Shown: one piece after another, positions 9,382 through 20,893 of the stretch
Numbering within the stretch: position 1 is the first letter of the stretch
How the letters are laid out: each line of letters begins with the position of its first letter
Source of the DNA: a virus
Virus record (IMG/VR): IMGVR_UViG_3300042863_002274
Strand: one strand, 5' to 3'
Length of the DNA: 64,000 bases
Position numbers and translations under genes: made by a program
Notes under the pieces: generated by a model
The model's input: the letters and a program-made list of their open reading frames with translations, nothing else
What the model was told of the DNA's origin: nothing
Database searches by the model: none

Positions 9382-12300
9382 ATGGCTCAAAAATTTATAA
9401 CCCCTATTGCTATTAAGCAGCTGTCGTCTGCTGGCTCTGACGGGTTGACAATTTTTGTAGACCAAGAAACTTTTGCAAGACTCCAGATTCAAGGTGGCGG
9501 TCGTCTTGTATGGGGTGACGGAACTGGCGGTGGAGATGTAAACCTCTACCGTGACGAAGCAAACGTCCTAAAAACAGACGACACCTTCAAGGTTCCTACT
9601 CTCTTTATTGACGGGATTGAAGTAGACACAACTGGCGCAACTGGCGACCAAGTACTTAAATTCAACGGAACAAAGTTTGTTCCAGGGGTTGCATCAACTG
9701 TTGCTTCTATTGACGACCTAACAGACGTAACCATAACAAGCATTGCTACCAACCAAGTTCTGCAATACAACGGAACTGCGTGGGTTAACTCCAATGCTGC
9801 AGGTGGCGCAACGGTCTCTGATAGTGCCCCAGGCACCCCGTTTGCTGGCCAGATTTGGTTTGAGTCCGACTCTGGTAAAACTTTTGTTTATTACGATTCC
9901 CAGTGGATTGAAATTGGAGCACAGCCTCTAGGACAGATTGGACCCACTGGTCCGTCTGGTCCATCTGGACCTTCTGGTCCTATAGGCGCTTCTGGTTCCT
10001 ATATTGTTTCCGCAACTGCTCCAGTTTCACCGTCAGTAAACGATGTTTGGTTTAACTCTGACAACGGCAGAACCTATATTTACTATAATGATGGCAATAC
10101 TTCTCAATGGGTTGAGTTTGGTAACGCAAATATTGGACCAACTGGTGCTACCGGACCAAGCGGTCCAAGCGGACCTCAGGGAGTAAGCGGTGCAAGCGGT
10201 GTAAGCGGTGCCGACTCAACAGTTTCTGGTCCTACAGGACCTTCGGGGGTCTCTGGCGTAAGCGGAGTCAGCGGTGTTAGTGGTCCTTCTGGTCCGCAAG
10301 GTGCTAGTGGTGTATCTGGGGTAAGCGGAGTCTCGGGCGTATCTGGAGTAAGCGGAGTCTCGGGCGTCTCAGGAGTTTCTGGTGTAAGTGGCGTTGCTGG
10401 TGCAACTGGTCTTACTGGTTCATTTGGTGGAGCAACATTCTCTTATAACTATCTAACCAACACTGCCGACACCGACCCGGGTGCTGCAAACTTAAAGTTT
10501 GACTCGGCTTTAGCAACTGCAACATTTTTATATATAGACCCAGTTGACTTTACGTCTAACGATGTGTCCGCGTACCTTGAAACAATTGACGATTCAACAT
10601 CTGCAGTTAAAGGTCATTTTAGAGTTGAGGCAATTGGCGATTCTGCACAGTTTGTTTACTACGCAATTACAGGTTCTCACACATTTGCGTCTACTTACTA
10701 CAAAGTTCCTGTTTCTTACCTAACTGGCTCATCCCCTTCGTGGACATCTGGACAAGATGTAATCATCACTTTTGTTCGCACTGGCGACAAGGGAGATACT
10801 GGCGCAACCGGACCTTCGGGCGTCAGTGGTGTCTCTGGTGTTAGTGGGGTTTCAGGAGTAAGCGGAGTCTCTGGCGATACTGGTGCTACTGGACCAAGCG
10901 GAGTATCGGGTGTTTCTGGAGTCAGCGGTGTTGTTGGTCCTTCTGGTCCACAAGGTGCTAGTGGTGTTTCTGGGGTTAGCGGTGCCACAGGACCGTCTGG
11001 CGTCTCAGGGGTAAGCGGTGTTTCGGGTGTGAGTGGTGCAATTGGAGATACTGGCCCAACTGGCCCACAAGGCGTTTCTGGTGTTTCTGGCGTCTCTGGC
11101 GTCAGTGGAGTTTCTGGCGTTAGTGGCACAACTGGTGCTACTGGACCCAACGGTCCGATAGACGACCTTAGTGATGTATCTGCTGCTACTCCAGTGCAAA
11201 ATCAACCACTCATTTGGGATGGCACCAACTGGCAGTCTGGACCATTTAACCAGTACCTTCGCTTAGGTGAAGCAGGTGTTAGTGACTATGTGGACTTGAG
11301 TCCTAGTTCTCTGATTTTTCATCCAACGGATGGGCGCTTTGGTTCATTTGACACAAATGGTGTTGGGGTAAACAATGGGGCTGGTTCAAACGCGGAACTA
11401 ACCTATGGCTATGTCAACAGCCTAGATGCTGATAACTTTTTTGAATTAAACTACGATGGAGTAGAGTGGGCTAATTACGTTACCAATGAAAGCGTAAGTA
11501 TAAGACCATTTGGTGCAACCGCTGGTCAAGTTCTTGCCTACAACGATGCGACAGATACTTTTGAACCAACAAGTCAAGTGTCTGGTTTCCGCAACTTAAT
11601 CATTAACGGCGATATGCGCATTTCTCAACGAGGCACCACTGCCGTCAACAGTGGTTTTGCTAATAACGTGTTTGGATTGGACCGTTGGGCAACATACAGT
11701 TCACTTAATGCTAAATTAAGCATGATTCAATCAACAGTTGCACCAGGTGAATTTGCATATTCAACTTTACTAACATCTTTAGCAGCAACCACCCCTAGCA
11801 GTGATGCCTACTACGGTTTACGTCACTTTATGGAAGGTTTAAACACCGCTTATTTGGGATGGGGGACTGCTAGTGCAAAAACGGTAACTCTTTCTTTCTG
11901 GGTTCGCTCAAGTATTGCTGGGACATATACAGTATCCATCAAGAACCCTGCCTCTTCAAGAATGTATACCGCTACTTACACTATTACGACTGCCAACACT
12001 TGGGAAAAAGAAATTATAACAATCCCTGGAGAAACAAGTGGTTCATGGAGCACCAACAACACTGAAAGTTTAAGTCTTTGGTTTGATTTAGGCTCAGGGG
12101 CAGATGCTGTCGGTGCTGTTAATTCTTGGAAAACTTCTTTTACGCCTAAAACTTCTGGCGGTGTTAACTGGATTAGTACCAACGGTGCAACTTTTTATTT
12201 GACTGGTGTACAGCTAGAAGCAAACACACAGCCAACCCCATTTGAACAACGACCATACGGTGTAGAACTAGCCCTATGCCAACGGTATTTTCATGTAATC

Positions 12301-12633
12301 CCAGCAGGAAACATAAAAGCAGTTAATCAATATTGGAATGTCGGTTTAAGTGGTGGGAATCTTCTGATAAGTCATTCTTTTCCAGTAACAATGAGAGTAG
12401 ACCCAACTGCTTATACTTCAGCAGGAAGCGGTAGTCACTCGTTTGATTTCTATCAATACAGTGCAGGTTCTAATATTTCCAGAGTGCTGGTTTACCAATC
12501 AGGACAGTCAACTACCACTGTAGGTTTTAAAACATTGGCATACTCGTCTGATAACAATACTGGTAATCAGTTGCCAGTGGGTTACACAATGGGTATTTTG
12601 AATACAGCAGTATGGGTAAGTGCGGAGTTGTGA
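9382..12633 (+). CDS. Collagen-like fibre protein with C-terminal putative carbohydrate-binding domain
   Basis: Long Gly-X-Y runs (GVS, GPT, GPS); C-terminal [31 protein letters not shown] domain. Confidence 0.8.
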   Translation: MAQKFITPIAIKQLSSAGSDGLTIFVDQETFARLQIQGGGRLVWGDGTGGGDVNLYRDEANVLKTDDTFKVPTLFIDGIEVDTTGATGDQVLKFNGTKFVPGVASTVASIDDLTDVTITSIATNQVLQYNGTAWVNSNAAGGATVSDSAPGTPFAGQIWFESDSGKTFVYYDSQWIEIGAQPLGQIGPTGPSGPSGPSGPIGASGSYIVSATAPVSPSVNDVWFNSDNGRTYIYYNDGNTSQWVEFGNANIGPTGATGPSGPSGPQGVSGASGVSGADSTVSGPTGPSGVSGVSGVSGVSGPSGPQGASGVSGVSGVSGVSGVSGVSGVSGVSGVSGVAGATGLTGSFGGATFSYNYLTNTADTDPGAANLKFDSALATATFLYIDPVDFTSNDVSAYLETIDDSTSAVKGHFRVEAIGDSAQFVYYAITGSHTFASTYYKVPVSYLTGSSPSWTSGQDVIITFVRTGDKGDTGATGPSGVSGVSGVSGVSGVSGVSGDTGATGPSGVSGVSGVSGVVGPSGPQGASGVSGVSGATGPSGVSGVSGVSGVSGAIGDTGPTGPQGVSGVSGVSGVSGVSGVSGTTGATGPNGPIDDLSDVSAATPVQNQPLIWDGTNWQSGPFNQYLRLGEAGVSDYVDLSPSSLIFHPTDGRFGSFDTNGVGVNNGAGSNAELTYGYVNSLDADNFFELNYDGVEWANYVTNESVSIRPFGATAGQVLAYNDATDTFEPTSQVSGFRNLIINGDMRISQRGTTAVNSGFANNVFGLDRWATYSSLNAKLSMIQSTVAPGEFAYSTLLTSLAATTPSSDAYYGLRHFMEGLNTAYLGWGTASAKTVTLSFWVRSSIAGTYTVSIKNPASSRMYTATYTITTANTWEKEIITIPGETSGSWSTNNTESLSLWFDLGSGADAVGAVNSWKTSFTPKTSGGVNWISTNGATFYLTGVQLEANTQPTPFEQRPYGVELALCQRYFHVIPAGNIKAVNQYWNVGLSGGNLLISHSFPVTMRVDPTAYTSAGSGSHSFDFYQYSAGSNISRVLVYQSGQSTTTVGFKTLAYSSDNNTGNQLPVGYTMGILNTAVWVSAEL

Positions 12634-12785
12634 TGGAACTAAGTCATTATAATTTTCAGATAGATGACAACGGAGTTGTTTACTATGACTCAGGAATTGT
12701 TATCCCCGATGGAAACCCTCTACACGAGGCGTATCTTGCGTGGGTTGCTGAAGGTAACACCACTGAAGAATGGAACCCTGAATAA
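12633..12785 (+). CDS. Small fibre-associated chaperone-like protein (50 aa, not in ORF track)
   Basis: [50 protein letters not shown]; TGATG and TAATG overlaps with both neighbours; Y.AW..EGN motif. Confidence 0.7.
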   Translation: MELSHYNFQIDDNGVVYYDSGIVIPDGNPLHEAYLAWVAEGNTTEEWNPE

Positions 12786-13015
12786 TGCCTACAATAGACT
12801 TTCCTACATCCCCGACGAACGGGCAAGTATTCACCAATGGCGATAAAACATGGGTTTATTCAACAACGGTTGGTGCATGGAACCTGCAAGCCCAAACCGC
12901 GGTAGGTCCGTCTGGTCCTATAGGTCCAACAGGGGTTTCTATTGCTAATATTGATGGGGGCTTCCCGTCCACCAATTACGGTGGCATTACTTCGCTTGAT
13001 TCAGGAGGTGTTTGA
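12785..13015 (+). CDS. Short structural adaptor with IDFP..P N-terminal module
   Basis: MPTIDFPTSPTNG..NGDKTW.Y module shared with 14799, 23269 and 25482; short Gly-X-Y run. Confidence 0.6.
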   Translation: MPTIDFPTSPTNGQVFTNGDKTWVYSTTVGAWNLQAQTAVGPSGPIGPTGVSIANIDGGFPSTNYGGITSLDSGGV

Positions 13016-14799
13016 TGGCTATTCAGATTCAATTTAGACGTGGCACCGCCGCAGAGTGGACGGCTGCAAACCCAACGCTTGCTGTAGGTGAACTCGGCGC
13101 AGAAACCGATACAGGTAAATTCAAGGTAGGTACCGGTACAACTGCTTGGACTTCTCTTGCCTACAGTTCTGGACCTCAAGGTGTCAGTGGTGTTTCCGGA
13201 GTCAGTGGAGTTTCTGGAGTTTCTGGCGTCAGCGGTGTTATTGGTGCTACTGGTCCACAAGGTGTAAGCGGAGTCAGTGGTGTAAGTGGTGTCATAGGTG
13301 CAACGGGAGCGACTGGTCCTACGGGAATTCAAGGCGTTTCTGGAGTTTCCGGAGTATCTGGTGTTTCGGGCGTTTCTGGAGTATCGGGTGTCAGTGGAGT
13401 AATCGGAGCAACGGGCGTTTCTGGAGTTTCAGGGGTGTCGGGTGTTTCTGGTGTCTCTGGAGTTAGTGGCGTATCGGGCGTAAGCGGAGTTTCTGGTGTT
13501 CCTGGAGCACAAAACGCTCACGCATCTGTCGTAACAGTTCAAGACACGCAAGACGCAAGTACTTACTTTGCTGGAACTGCAGATGCAAGTGAAGGCTTTG
13601 GTATTGGTGCCTACATTGAAGCAAATGCTAATGGTGCTATTTCTACAGTCGGCGGAGCAACAATCATTGTTGGTGACCGTGTTCTTTTTTCGGGAAGAAC
13701 AAATAAAGTTGAAAACGGTATTTACACCGTAACCAGTCTCGGTTCGGCGGGTTCTAAATTTAAGTTCACTCGCGCAACTGACTTTGATAACAGTATTGCT
13801 GGCGAAGTTGAAAACGGAGACTTTACTCTTGTTGCTCAAGGTGACCATGCAGGTCAAACGTTCATTCAAACGAATTACGGAACTGCTGCTGGCGGTGCTA
13901 TTAAAATCGGCACAGACCTAATTGAGTTCGCAGAAACCGGCGGTATCGGACCAGTGGGTCCGACAGGTCCTCAAGGCGTATCGGGCGTAAGCGGTGTTAG
14001 CGGAATTTCAGGAGTCTCAGGAGTCTCTGGAGTATCTGGTGTTAGCGGTGTTTCGGGCGTGAGTGGCACGACAGGTGCGACTGGTCCAACAGGACCAACA
14101 GGACCAACGGGCGTAACAGGACCAACAGGACCTATAGGAATTACAAGTTCTGCAACTGCACCAGTATCACCAACTGCTGGTCAAGTTTGGTTTGACACAA
14201 CTACCGGTTCTTCGTACATCTACTACAACTCTGCTTGGGTTGAACTAGGTGGCGGTGCAATGTCGCCACTACCAGTTACTTCGTCTACTCGTCCATCTGC
14301 ACCGTGGGAAGGTCAGACGATTTATGAGACTGACACAGACCTTCTCTATTTATACAGTGGCTCAGCGTGGGTTGAGGTTGTTTCTGCGCTAACCAAGGCA
14401 CCACGAGGTGTTGTGGCTTTAGCCAACATTACAAGCAACATAACAAGTAATGGCAGTACTGAAGTAACACGGGCTAGCGTCACATGGACTGCGGTTGCAA
14501 ATCGTTACTACAAAATAACATGGGTAGAGGGAAAAGTAGATAACGGCGTAAATGCGTCAGTAAACAACCATTACCTAAGAACCGCTACTACTAGCGGAAC
14601 AATTATTGCAAATACATTAATTTATTACCCTTCCGCAAGCCTTCAACAGGGCAGCGTTTGTAGTTGTGTTACAACTTTTGCAGCAGGTACGCAAACTGTA
14701 TTTGCTCGTGTGGTGTCCAATGCAGCCACAAACACAACATGGAAAGCGTCAGCAACAGAACCTGCGTATTTACTGGTTGAAGATATTGGTGGTGTTTAA
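13012..14799 (+). CDS. Collagen-like fibre protein with Mtd_N/hyaluronidase-like N-terminal domain
   Basis: [36 protein letters not shown]-terminus; GVS repeats. Confidence 0.75.
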   Translation: MMAIQIQFRRGTAAEWTAANPTLAVGELGAETDTGKFKVGTGTTAWTSLAYSSGPQGVSGVSGVSGVSGVSGVSGVIGATGPQGVSGVSGVSGVIGATGATGPTGIQGVSGVSGVSGVSGVSGVSGVSGVIGATGVSGVSGVSGVSGVSGVSGVSGVSGVSGVPGAQNAHASVVTVQDTQDASTYFAGTADASEGFGIGAYIEANANGAISTVGGATIIVGDRVLFSGRTNKVENGIYTVTSLGSAGSKFKFTRATDFDNSIAGEVENGDFTLVAQGDHAGQTFIQTNYGTAAGGAIKIGTDLIEFAETGGIGPVGPTGPQGVSGVSGVSGISGVSGVSGVSGVSGVSGVSGTTGATGPTGPTGPTGVTGPTGPIGITSSATAPVSPTAGQVWFDTTTGSSYIYYNSAWVELGGGAMSPLPVTSSTRPSAPWEGQTIYETDTDLLYLYSGSAWVEVVSALTKAPRGVVALANITSNITSNGSTEVTRASVTWTAVANRYYKITWVEGKVDNGVNASVNNHYLRTATTSGTIIANTLIYYPSASLQQGSVCSCVTTFAAGTQTVFARVVSNAATNTTWKASATEPAYLLVEDIGGV

Positions 14800-15563
14800 T
14801 GTCAGCGATTACTTTTCCTGCTTCTCCGTATCAATATCAGATTTTTACTATTGGCCCTAAGAGTTGGCAATGGGACGGTTATGTATGGAACGCTTACTTC
14901 AACGAAAGCGTTGACTCCATCTACGGAACAGGTGCTGACGGTGATGCCACCTTAGACGGAACAACAACAGTCTTAAGCATGGTTCCATCTGCGAGCGTTT
15001 ACTCCATGACGCGAGATATGTATTTTAACGATTTGACATTGGGCAACAGCGTTCGTCTGGCCCCTAACGGTTACAGAATCTTTGTTAAGGGAACCTTACG
15101 TTTTGGTACAAGTTCTATTGTTGGCTTTACGACTGGATACGCATCTTTGGGTTCAATCATGCAAGGTGGAGCAGCAACTACGTCAGTGACACACAGTCTT
15201 GGCGGTAACGCAACTGCAACCTATACAGCCACTGCGCCTCATGCAACAATGGGTGGACTTGGTTACTTCAAACAACCAATGCAGGCAATCACTGGATACA
15301 CCATAACGGCAACAGGAGGACCTATGTTCCTTCGTGGAGGCGCTGGTAGTACTGGACAGGCAGGTGGCGGAGTTGTCATCCTTGCTGCTCGTTACATCAG
15401 CGGTCCATCATCTGGAACTGGATATATTCAAGCACCAGCAACTGCACCCGCTGGTGGTGGCGTCATACTCATAGTCTCTTCCGCAAGCGCACTCCCTGGT
15501 ACTATCTCAACAGATGTAACCGGAGCAAACGCTGGAACTGTAAATTACATTCAGCAGGTCTAA
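14799..15563 (+). CDS. Gly-rich structural protein
   Basis: ITFPASP module; YGTG.DGD..RDMY.N.LT domain shared with next gene; GGGVILI motifs. Confidence 0.6.
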   Translation: MSAITFPASPYQYQIFTIGPKSWQWDGYVWNAYFNESVDSIYGTGADGDATLDGTTTVLSMVPSASVYSMTRDMYFNDLTLGNSVRLAPNGYRIFVKGTLRFGTSSIVGFTTGYASLGSIMQGGAATTSVTHSLGGNATATYTATAPHATMGGLGYFKQPMQAITGYTITATGGPMFLRGGAGSTGQAGGGVVILAARYISGPSSGTGYIQAPATAPAGGGVILIVSSASALPGTISTDVTGANAGTVNYIQQV

Positions 15564-15565
15564 CT

Positions 15566-17317
15566 ATGGCAATTTCAAGAATTGAGAACATTGTTGTTCG
15601 TTCAGGAAATGACGCTGTTTACGGAACAGGCACCGATGGCGATGTGACCATCAGCGGAACCGTAACCCTTACTAGGGACATGTACTACAACACACTGACC
15701 GTTCCTTTAGGAAACATTCTTCTTACTTCGGGTTTTAAAGTGTTCGTCAAAGGCGCTGCAATCATCAACGGTGTTGTCGGTATTGGTGACGTCACTGGCA
15801 ATACTGCTGGCTCCAGCAATGGAACAATCGCCAGTACTGCCTCTGCTGTTTTAACAGGAACGCTTTCTGGTCATACTTCTGGTGCTATTACCTACCGACT
15901 GGGTGGACAAGGCGGAGGAAACACCAACCCAAACGTCAGTGCTCTTCCTACGTACCTTCTTAAAAGCGTCACTTCAATGCTTGGTGGCGCAATTATTGAC
16001 GCTGTTTACGGCCCTACACCTATTGCGTTAGCAGGAGGTTCTAGTGGAACTACAGGTGCTTCGGGTGTTGCGGGTTCTTCAGGAGCAACCGGAGCAACAG
16101 GGGCAACAGGAATTGCTGGAGCCACAGGACTTACAGGAGCCACAGGAATCGCAGGAGCAGTAGGAGCAACAGGGGTTGCAGGAACCGCAGGCGGACATCC
16201 TAGTGACGGATTAACGGTAGGCGCGGCTGGTGGCAGAGGAGCATCTGGCGCAAGCGGCGCTTCTGGAGCACGGGGAGCATCTGGCGCAAGCGGCGCTTCT
16301 GGAGCACGAGGAGCAAGCGGAGCACAGGGAGCATCTGGCGTCCTTGGTGCAGGCGGTGTTGGTGGAGTTGGCGGAATGGGTGGACCGGTAGTCGCTATTA
16401 TTGCCAAGAATATTTCGGGAACCGGAACAGTTATGTCTCTTGCCATGATTGGTGCTGTTGGTGCTACTGGCGTTGCGGGCGCTTCGGGTGCTTCAGGCGC
16501 TTCTGGAACCACGGGCGCAACAGGAACCACGGGAGCCACGGGAACCACGGGTGCAACCGGAGTTACTGGTGCTGCCGGAACAAAAGCCCCCGACTACACG
16601 GTTACTCCCCATTCGGCTACTCCAACTCATATAAACAATGGCCACCATGGGACTCCGTATCATACGAACAATGGCCATGTTGCAAGTGGTCACCATGTTC
16701 CCAATGGTCACCATCACACCCCTGGTGGACACCATACGGTTCACCATACGACTCATCACCACGTAAACCATACGCATACAGTAAACCCACACCACCATTG
16801 CTGCGACTCGCACGACCCTAAGAATGGTTATTATGCAGGTCACACGGTTAATGGTGGACACCACCATGTGGGGCATCACCATACTGCCGGTGGTCATACG
16901 GGTCACCACGTACACCCACACCACACAACACATCCACATACAAATGTGCACACAAATCCTCATCACCAGCAGCACGTAAACCCTCATTCCCCTTCTCATG
17001 CAACCCATGTCGCCAATGCAACTGTTCATTATGTTGGAGGGGCTGGAGGGGCTGGAGGTGCTGGAGGTGCTGGGGGCGCAGGAGGGGCAGGGGGCGCAGG
17101 AGGCGCTGGAGGCGCTGGAGGCACAGGCGGTGCAGGAGGCGCTGGAACTACAGGCGCAAGCGGAGTAAGAGGCGGAGCAGGTGGTGGTGGTGCTATTCTT
17201 ATCTTGACAGAAACTACACCGTCTGGATTGTCCTACGATGTGCGCTCTGGCACCACAGCAGCATCCGACACTCATACGGCTTCTTCTGGAACCACTTATA
17301 TCCTTCTTAACGCTTAA
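15566..17317 (+). CDS. Gly-rich/collagen-like virion protein with ~140-aa His-rich insert
   Basis: GAT/GAS repeats, His-rich region 16610-17029 with central HHHCCDSH, followed by (GAG)n repeats. Confidence 0.7.
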   Translation: MAISRIENIVVRSGNDAVYGTGTDGDVTISGTVTLTRDMYYNTLTVPLGNILLTSGFKVFVKGAAIINGVVGIGDVTGNTAGSSNGTIASTASAVLTGTLSGHTSGAITYRLGGQGGGNTNPNVSALPTYLLKSVTSMLGGAIIDAVYGPTPIALAGGSSGTTGASGVAGSSGATGATGATGIAGATGLTGATGIAGAVGATGVAGTAGGHPSDGLTVGAAGGRGASGASGASGARGASGASGASGARGASGAQGASGVLGAGGVGGVGGMGGPVVAIIAKNISGTGTVMSLAMIGAVGATGVAGASGASGASGTTGATGTTGATGTTGATGVTGAAGTKAPDYTVTPHSATPTHINNGHHGTPYHTNNGHVASGHHVPNGHHHTPGGHHTVHHTTHHHVNHTHTVNPHHHCCDSHDPKNGYYAGHTVNGGHHHVGHHHTAGGHTGHHVHPHHTTHPHTNVHTNPHHQQHVNPHSPSHATHVANATVHYVGGAGGAGGAGGAGGAGGAGGAGGAGGAGGTGGAGGAGTTGASGVRGGAGGGGAILILTETTPSGLSYDVRSGTTAASDTHTASSGTTYILLNA

Positions 17318-17332
17318 CAAAACGGAGAAATC

Positions 17333-17560
17333 ATGGAATTCAACTTAACTACAGAGCAAAAAATCAAATCACTGGGCGACACCAAGAAGCATATGCTGAA
17401 CGAGGTGTATGGACTCCTTGTAGGACTAGGGATTGACCCTGACGAATTTGACGCAACGACATGGGTTCCCGCAGAACCACCAACAGGCAATGAAGCACGA
17501 GTAACGTCATTGTTGACAAACATCGCACGTGCAGATGCAAAAATTGCTGCACTGTCTTAA
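17333..17560 (+). CDS. Small hypothetical protein, possible partner of the His-rich protein
   Basis: GGAG RBS; 75 aa helical; directly downstream. Confidence 0.6.
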   Translation: MEFNLTTEQKIKSLGDTKKHMLNEVYGLLVGLGIDPDEFDATTWVPAEPPTGNEARVTSLLTNIARADAKIAALS

Positions 17561-17570
17561 AAGGTAAAAA

Positions 17571-18650
17571 ATGAGCGACATTTCGCTGATAGAAATAGCA
17601 AACTATAAGTGCTATTACGGCATTGACGGCACGGCTGATTTCAAGTTGTACACCCCAACGCCTAGTGGAAACATTGAATATACGGAATATGACACGTTTA
17701 CTTCGGATGGAAAGACGATTATTGCCTTTAAAGAACTAGACCCTTACTCTGGTGATTTTAACTATGTTCTTGTCCGTAATAACCAAGAGTCAATCATTGA
17801 CGCTATTTGCTATGACGACATCTTAGAGCACTTTGTTAAAGACTCCATCAAAGAAGAAGACATGTATTGCGTGATGTCTTCCAAGGTAATGACACCTGCT
17901 ACGGCCAGTAAAGACGCCGTAGATTTTATGGACCGTTGTGACGCAGGAAAATATGGACCCGTTCAGTTTCCCTTAGAAGATGGGGTGCGCCCTACAGTGA
18001 CAGACACTGTTTTGTTTCAACACATTAGTAAAGTAACAGTAATGCTTGGTGCTGCCGGTGTTGCTCATGTTGTATATGGTTTCATACCCGGTGTTAATGA
18101 TTCCTTTAGGGATTGGCCTGCTGTAACTGCTGTTACAAAAACCCCTATGGGTCTAATGAAACTCATTATTGAATGGGCATCCCTAACAGAGAGTCCATTT
18201 GATAGCGATAATGAAGTTTCTTTAGCATGTAAAAATTATATTGAAACTCTTCAGATACCAGAAAACGTGCTAAACGAGATATCTGAATATCAGGAAGATA
18301 TGCCTGTTTACAGATACTTTCAAAATCAAGAAAATACGCGACATGGTTTTACGGAGCAGGCCAGCGTCGGCCCCTTATTTTTGAACTGGGTAAAGAGTAC
18401 TCACCGATACAGAACACTAAATGCTTTGGTGCACAACCATCCTTCTCCGCCCGTTGTGCCAGAAGAAATACTTTCCTCGGAACGACAACACATTGAATCA
18501 AAAATATACGAAATATGCATTAAGTATGGTATAGAGTCGTCTTTGTCTCCACTAGAAATATTGGAGCAAATTCCGCCCTTCACTGACTTGACGCTAAGTC
18601 AGTGGATTCTTGAAGTTAACTACATCAAGTCTTACATAGCATATTCTTAG
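17571..18650 (+). CDS. Hypothetical protein (359 aa)
   Basis: Long ORF with AAGGT RBS inside the operon; no family recognised. Confidence 0.6.
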   Translation: MSDISLIEIANYKCYYGIDGTADFKLYTPTPSGNIEYTEYDTFTSDGKTIIAFKELDPYSGDFNYVLVRNNQESIIDAICYDDILEHFVKDSIKEEDMYCVMSSKVMTPATASKDAVDFMDRCDAGKYGPVQFPLEDGVRPTVTDTVLFQHISKVTVMLGAAGVAHVVYGFIPGVNDSFRDWPAVTAVTKTPMGLMKLIIEWASLTESPFDSDNEVSLACKNYIETLQIPENVLNEISEYQEDMPVYRYFQNQENTRHGFTEQASVGPLFLNWVKSTHRYRTLNALVHNHPSPPVVPEEILSSERQHIESKIYEICIKYGIESSLSPLEILEQIPPFTDLTLSQWILEVNYIKSYIAYS

Positions 18651-18656
18651 GTAAAA

Positions 18657-20153
18657 ATGAATAACAATTTATCATTCTGCATTGTCGGTTCAGGAACTGC
18701 CGGATTGGTTTCTGCCTTATTGCTTCGGAGAGCATTTGTTAATTCTGAAATTACAATAATCTCTTCTTCCAAAATAGGAATTATTGGCGTTGGTGAAGGC
18801 TCTACAGAACACTGGCGTGAGTTCATGAACGACTGCGACATTCCAACTGGTGAACTTATTGAGAACACGAGCGCAACCCATAAGTATGGTCTCCGTTTTG
18901 AAAACTGGACAACTCATACCCCTGACTATTTTCACAGCATTGGTGGAGTGGACGAAATATTTGCGCATGGTTTGTTTGCTACCTATGCTGGGTTTGTTGA
19001 CTCCAATAAACTAATTACTTCTCAGACGGGGAGTGCGGGTCTTGTGCAGAACAAAATTGGTAGACGAAACATCCACAAGACAACAAATCAGTTTCATTTT
19101 GATACAAATAAACTAAACGACTATTTAACAGGACTATGTTTTGCGAGAATGATTAAATTCATTGATGCAGAAGTTAACTCAATAGAACTTGATTCAGAAA
19201 CTGGAGAAATATCTTCAGTAACAACAGAACAGCAAGCAGTTGTTTCTGCTGATTTTTGGATTGATGCCAGTGGTTTTTCCAGAGTTCTTATGACAAAACT
19301 AGGAAACACTGAATGGGAGTCTTTTTCCCCGTATCTTCTTTGTGATTCAGCAATTGCTTTCCCAACAGAGTCTGACCCTAATGGACAGATTCGCCCATAC
19401 ACCCGAGCCAGGGCAGCATCTTCTGGGTGGATGTTTGAAATACCAACGCAAGAACGTCGTGGTAACGGTTACATCTTCTCTTCTTCTCACATATCTGTAG
19501 ATAAGGCTATTGAAGAAGCGCAAGCGATGACTGGATATAAGGTCCCAGAAAATCCTAAAACTTTTAAATACGATGCAGGTTTCTTAAAAAACCAGTGGGT
19601 GAAAAACTGTGTCTCTGTAGGCCTTGCTTCCTCGTTTGTTGAACCCCTGGAAGCCACCAGTATCGGCAGTACTTTAATTCAATTAAAAATGCTTATTCAG
19701 AACGTCGCTTCATATACTAAAAAATCATCAAAAATGCAGATTGCGTACAATAAAACGATTACTGAAACAATGCGTAATATACTGACAATGATTAGGTTGC
19801 ATTACGTTTCCGATAGGCGAGACTCACAATTTTGGATTGACCAATCTGAGATGCCTCTTAATGATGAACTTCAAGAACTAATTGATTTATGGTCTGAAAA
19901 AGTTCCATCCAGGTATGACCATTACCAAGAGATAAACCTAATGTTTCATGTACCTCATTTAGTTCACGTTATGCAAGGCCAAGGGCTTTTACCAAAAGAA
20001 CCATCTTCGCTTGCCCTTGATAGACTAAACCTGCGACAAAAAGTCAATTTGGAAATGGACAACTTTAGGAACTCCAGGCACAATCACGAGTTGGTTGACC
20101 ATAAAGATGGATTGTTAGAAATTCAAAACTTAGACGAGGAATACGAGCAGTGA
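18657..20153 (+). CDS. Flavin-dependent halogenase family protein (tryptophan halogenase-like)
   Basis: GSGTAG, IGVGEG, ATHKYGLRFENW (catalytic Lys position), IDASGF, WMFEIP, FVEPLEATSI motifs. Confidence 0.85.
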   Translation: MNNNLSFCIVGSGTAGLVSALLLRRAFVNSEITIISSSKIGIIGVGEGSTEHWREFMNDCDIPTGELIENTSATHKYGLRFENWTTHTPDYFHSIGGVDEIFAHGLFATYAGFVDSNKLITSQTGSAGLVQNKIGRRNIHKTTNQFHFDTNKLNDYLTGLCFARMIKFIDAEVNSIELDSETGEISSVTTEQQAVVSADFWIDASGFSRVLMTKLGNTEWESFSPYLLCDSAIAFPTESDPNGQIRPYTRARAASSGWMFEIPTQERRGNGYIFSSSHISVDKAIEEAQAMTGYKVPENPKTFKYDAGFLKNQWVKNCVSVGLASSFVEPLEATSIGSTLIQLKMLIQNVASYTKKSSKMQIAYNKTITETMRNILTMIRLHYVSDRRDSQFWIDQSEMPLNDELQELIDLWSEKVPSRYDHYQEINLMFHVPHLVHVMQGQGLLPKEPSSLALDRLNLRQKVNLEMDNFRNSRHNHELVDHKDGLLEIQNLDEEYEQ

Positions 20154-20893
20154 AAAAGAAAAAGTCGGTCAAACCAGGACATATCAGAGTAACGCCAGAA
20201 GATAACCGCTTAATGGAGATGCCTCCATATTTAAACTCGCAATTATCAATGCCTAAATGGTACAAGACAATGCCTAGTGGTGCTGGTTTGAAAAAGTGTG
20301 CAGGCGTTAATGACTACCTAGCAGCGGGAATGACTGTTCCTCTTTGGAGCAATCTGTATTTCAGGCCAAACCCAGAAAATGGATTCTGGGAATCACGCAT
20401 TGAAAATATGAGCCCACCACTTGAAAATATTGGGGTACAGGGTTTCTCTGTTCAAGACACGCCTGGATGCCCTGTTGTCGGAGTTCGCAAACTTGAAAAT
20501 ATGCAATATCCAAAAATTGTAACTCCGTGGCGTTTTGAGACTGCACCTGGGTGGTCTTCTTTGATACTTCCCATTTCGTGGGAGCCAAGTCAGAACTATG
20601 ATGTTTTGCCGGCAATTGTTCATACTGATTTTTATCATGTAACCAATATTGTTTTAAACATAAAAGCCAACACGGACTTTATGATTCCATACGGAACACC
20701 AATGATGCAGGTAGTTCCGTTTAAACGAAGCACTAATCTTTCATCCATTGAGTTTGAAGACGAATCTTATTTTAAGTATGTTGCGAGTAGTGGCTTTGGT
20801 TCCGGATACATCATGCCGTCACTAGGCACCGCAGGACCGTATAGACGCCACAAGCATAAAGTTGATATTGAACTAGCCAAAAAAGAAAAATAA
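20150..20893 (+). CDS. Conserved phage protein, DUF6065-like
   Basis: KKCAGVNDY..G..VPLW, PW.FET.PGWS.L, LPAIVHTD, GTPMMQVVPFKR pattern. Confidence 0.5.
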   Translation: MKKKKSVKPGHIRVTPEDNRLMEMPPYLNSQLSMPKWYKTMPSGAGLKKCAGVNDYLAAGMTVPLWSNLYFRPNPENGFWESRIENMSPPLENIGVQGFSVQDTPGCPVVGVRKLENMQYPKIVTPWRFETAPGWSSLILPISWEPSQNYDVLPAIVHTDFYHVTNIVLNIKANTDFMIPYGTPMMQVVPFKRSTNLSSIEFEDESYFKYVASSGFGSGYIMPSLGTAGPYRRHKHKVDIELAKKEK

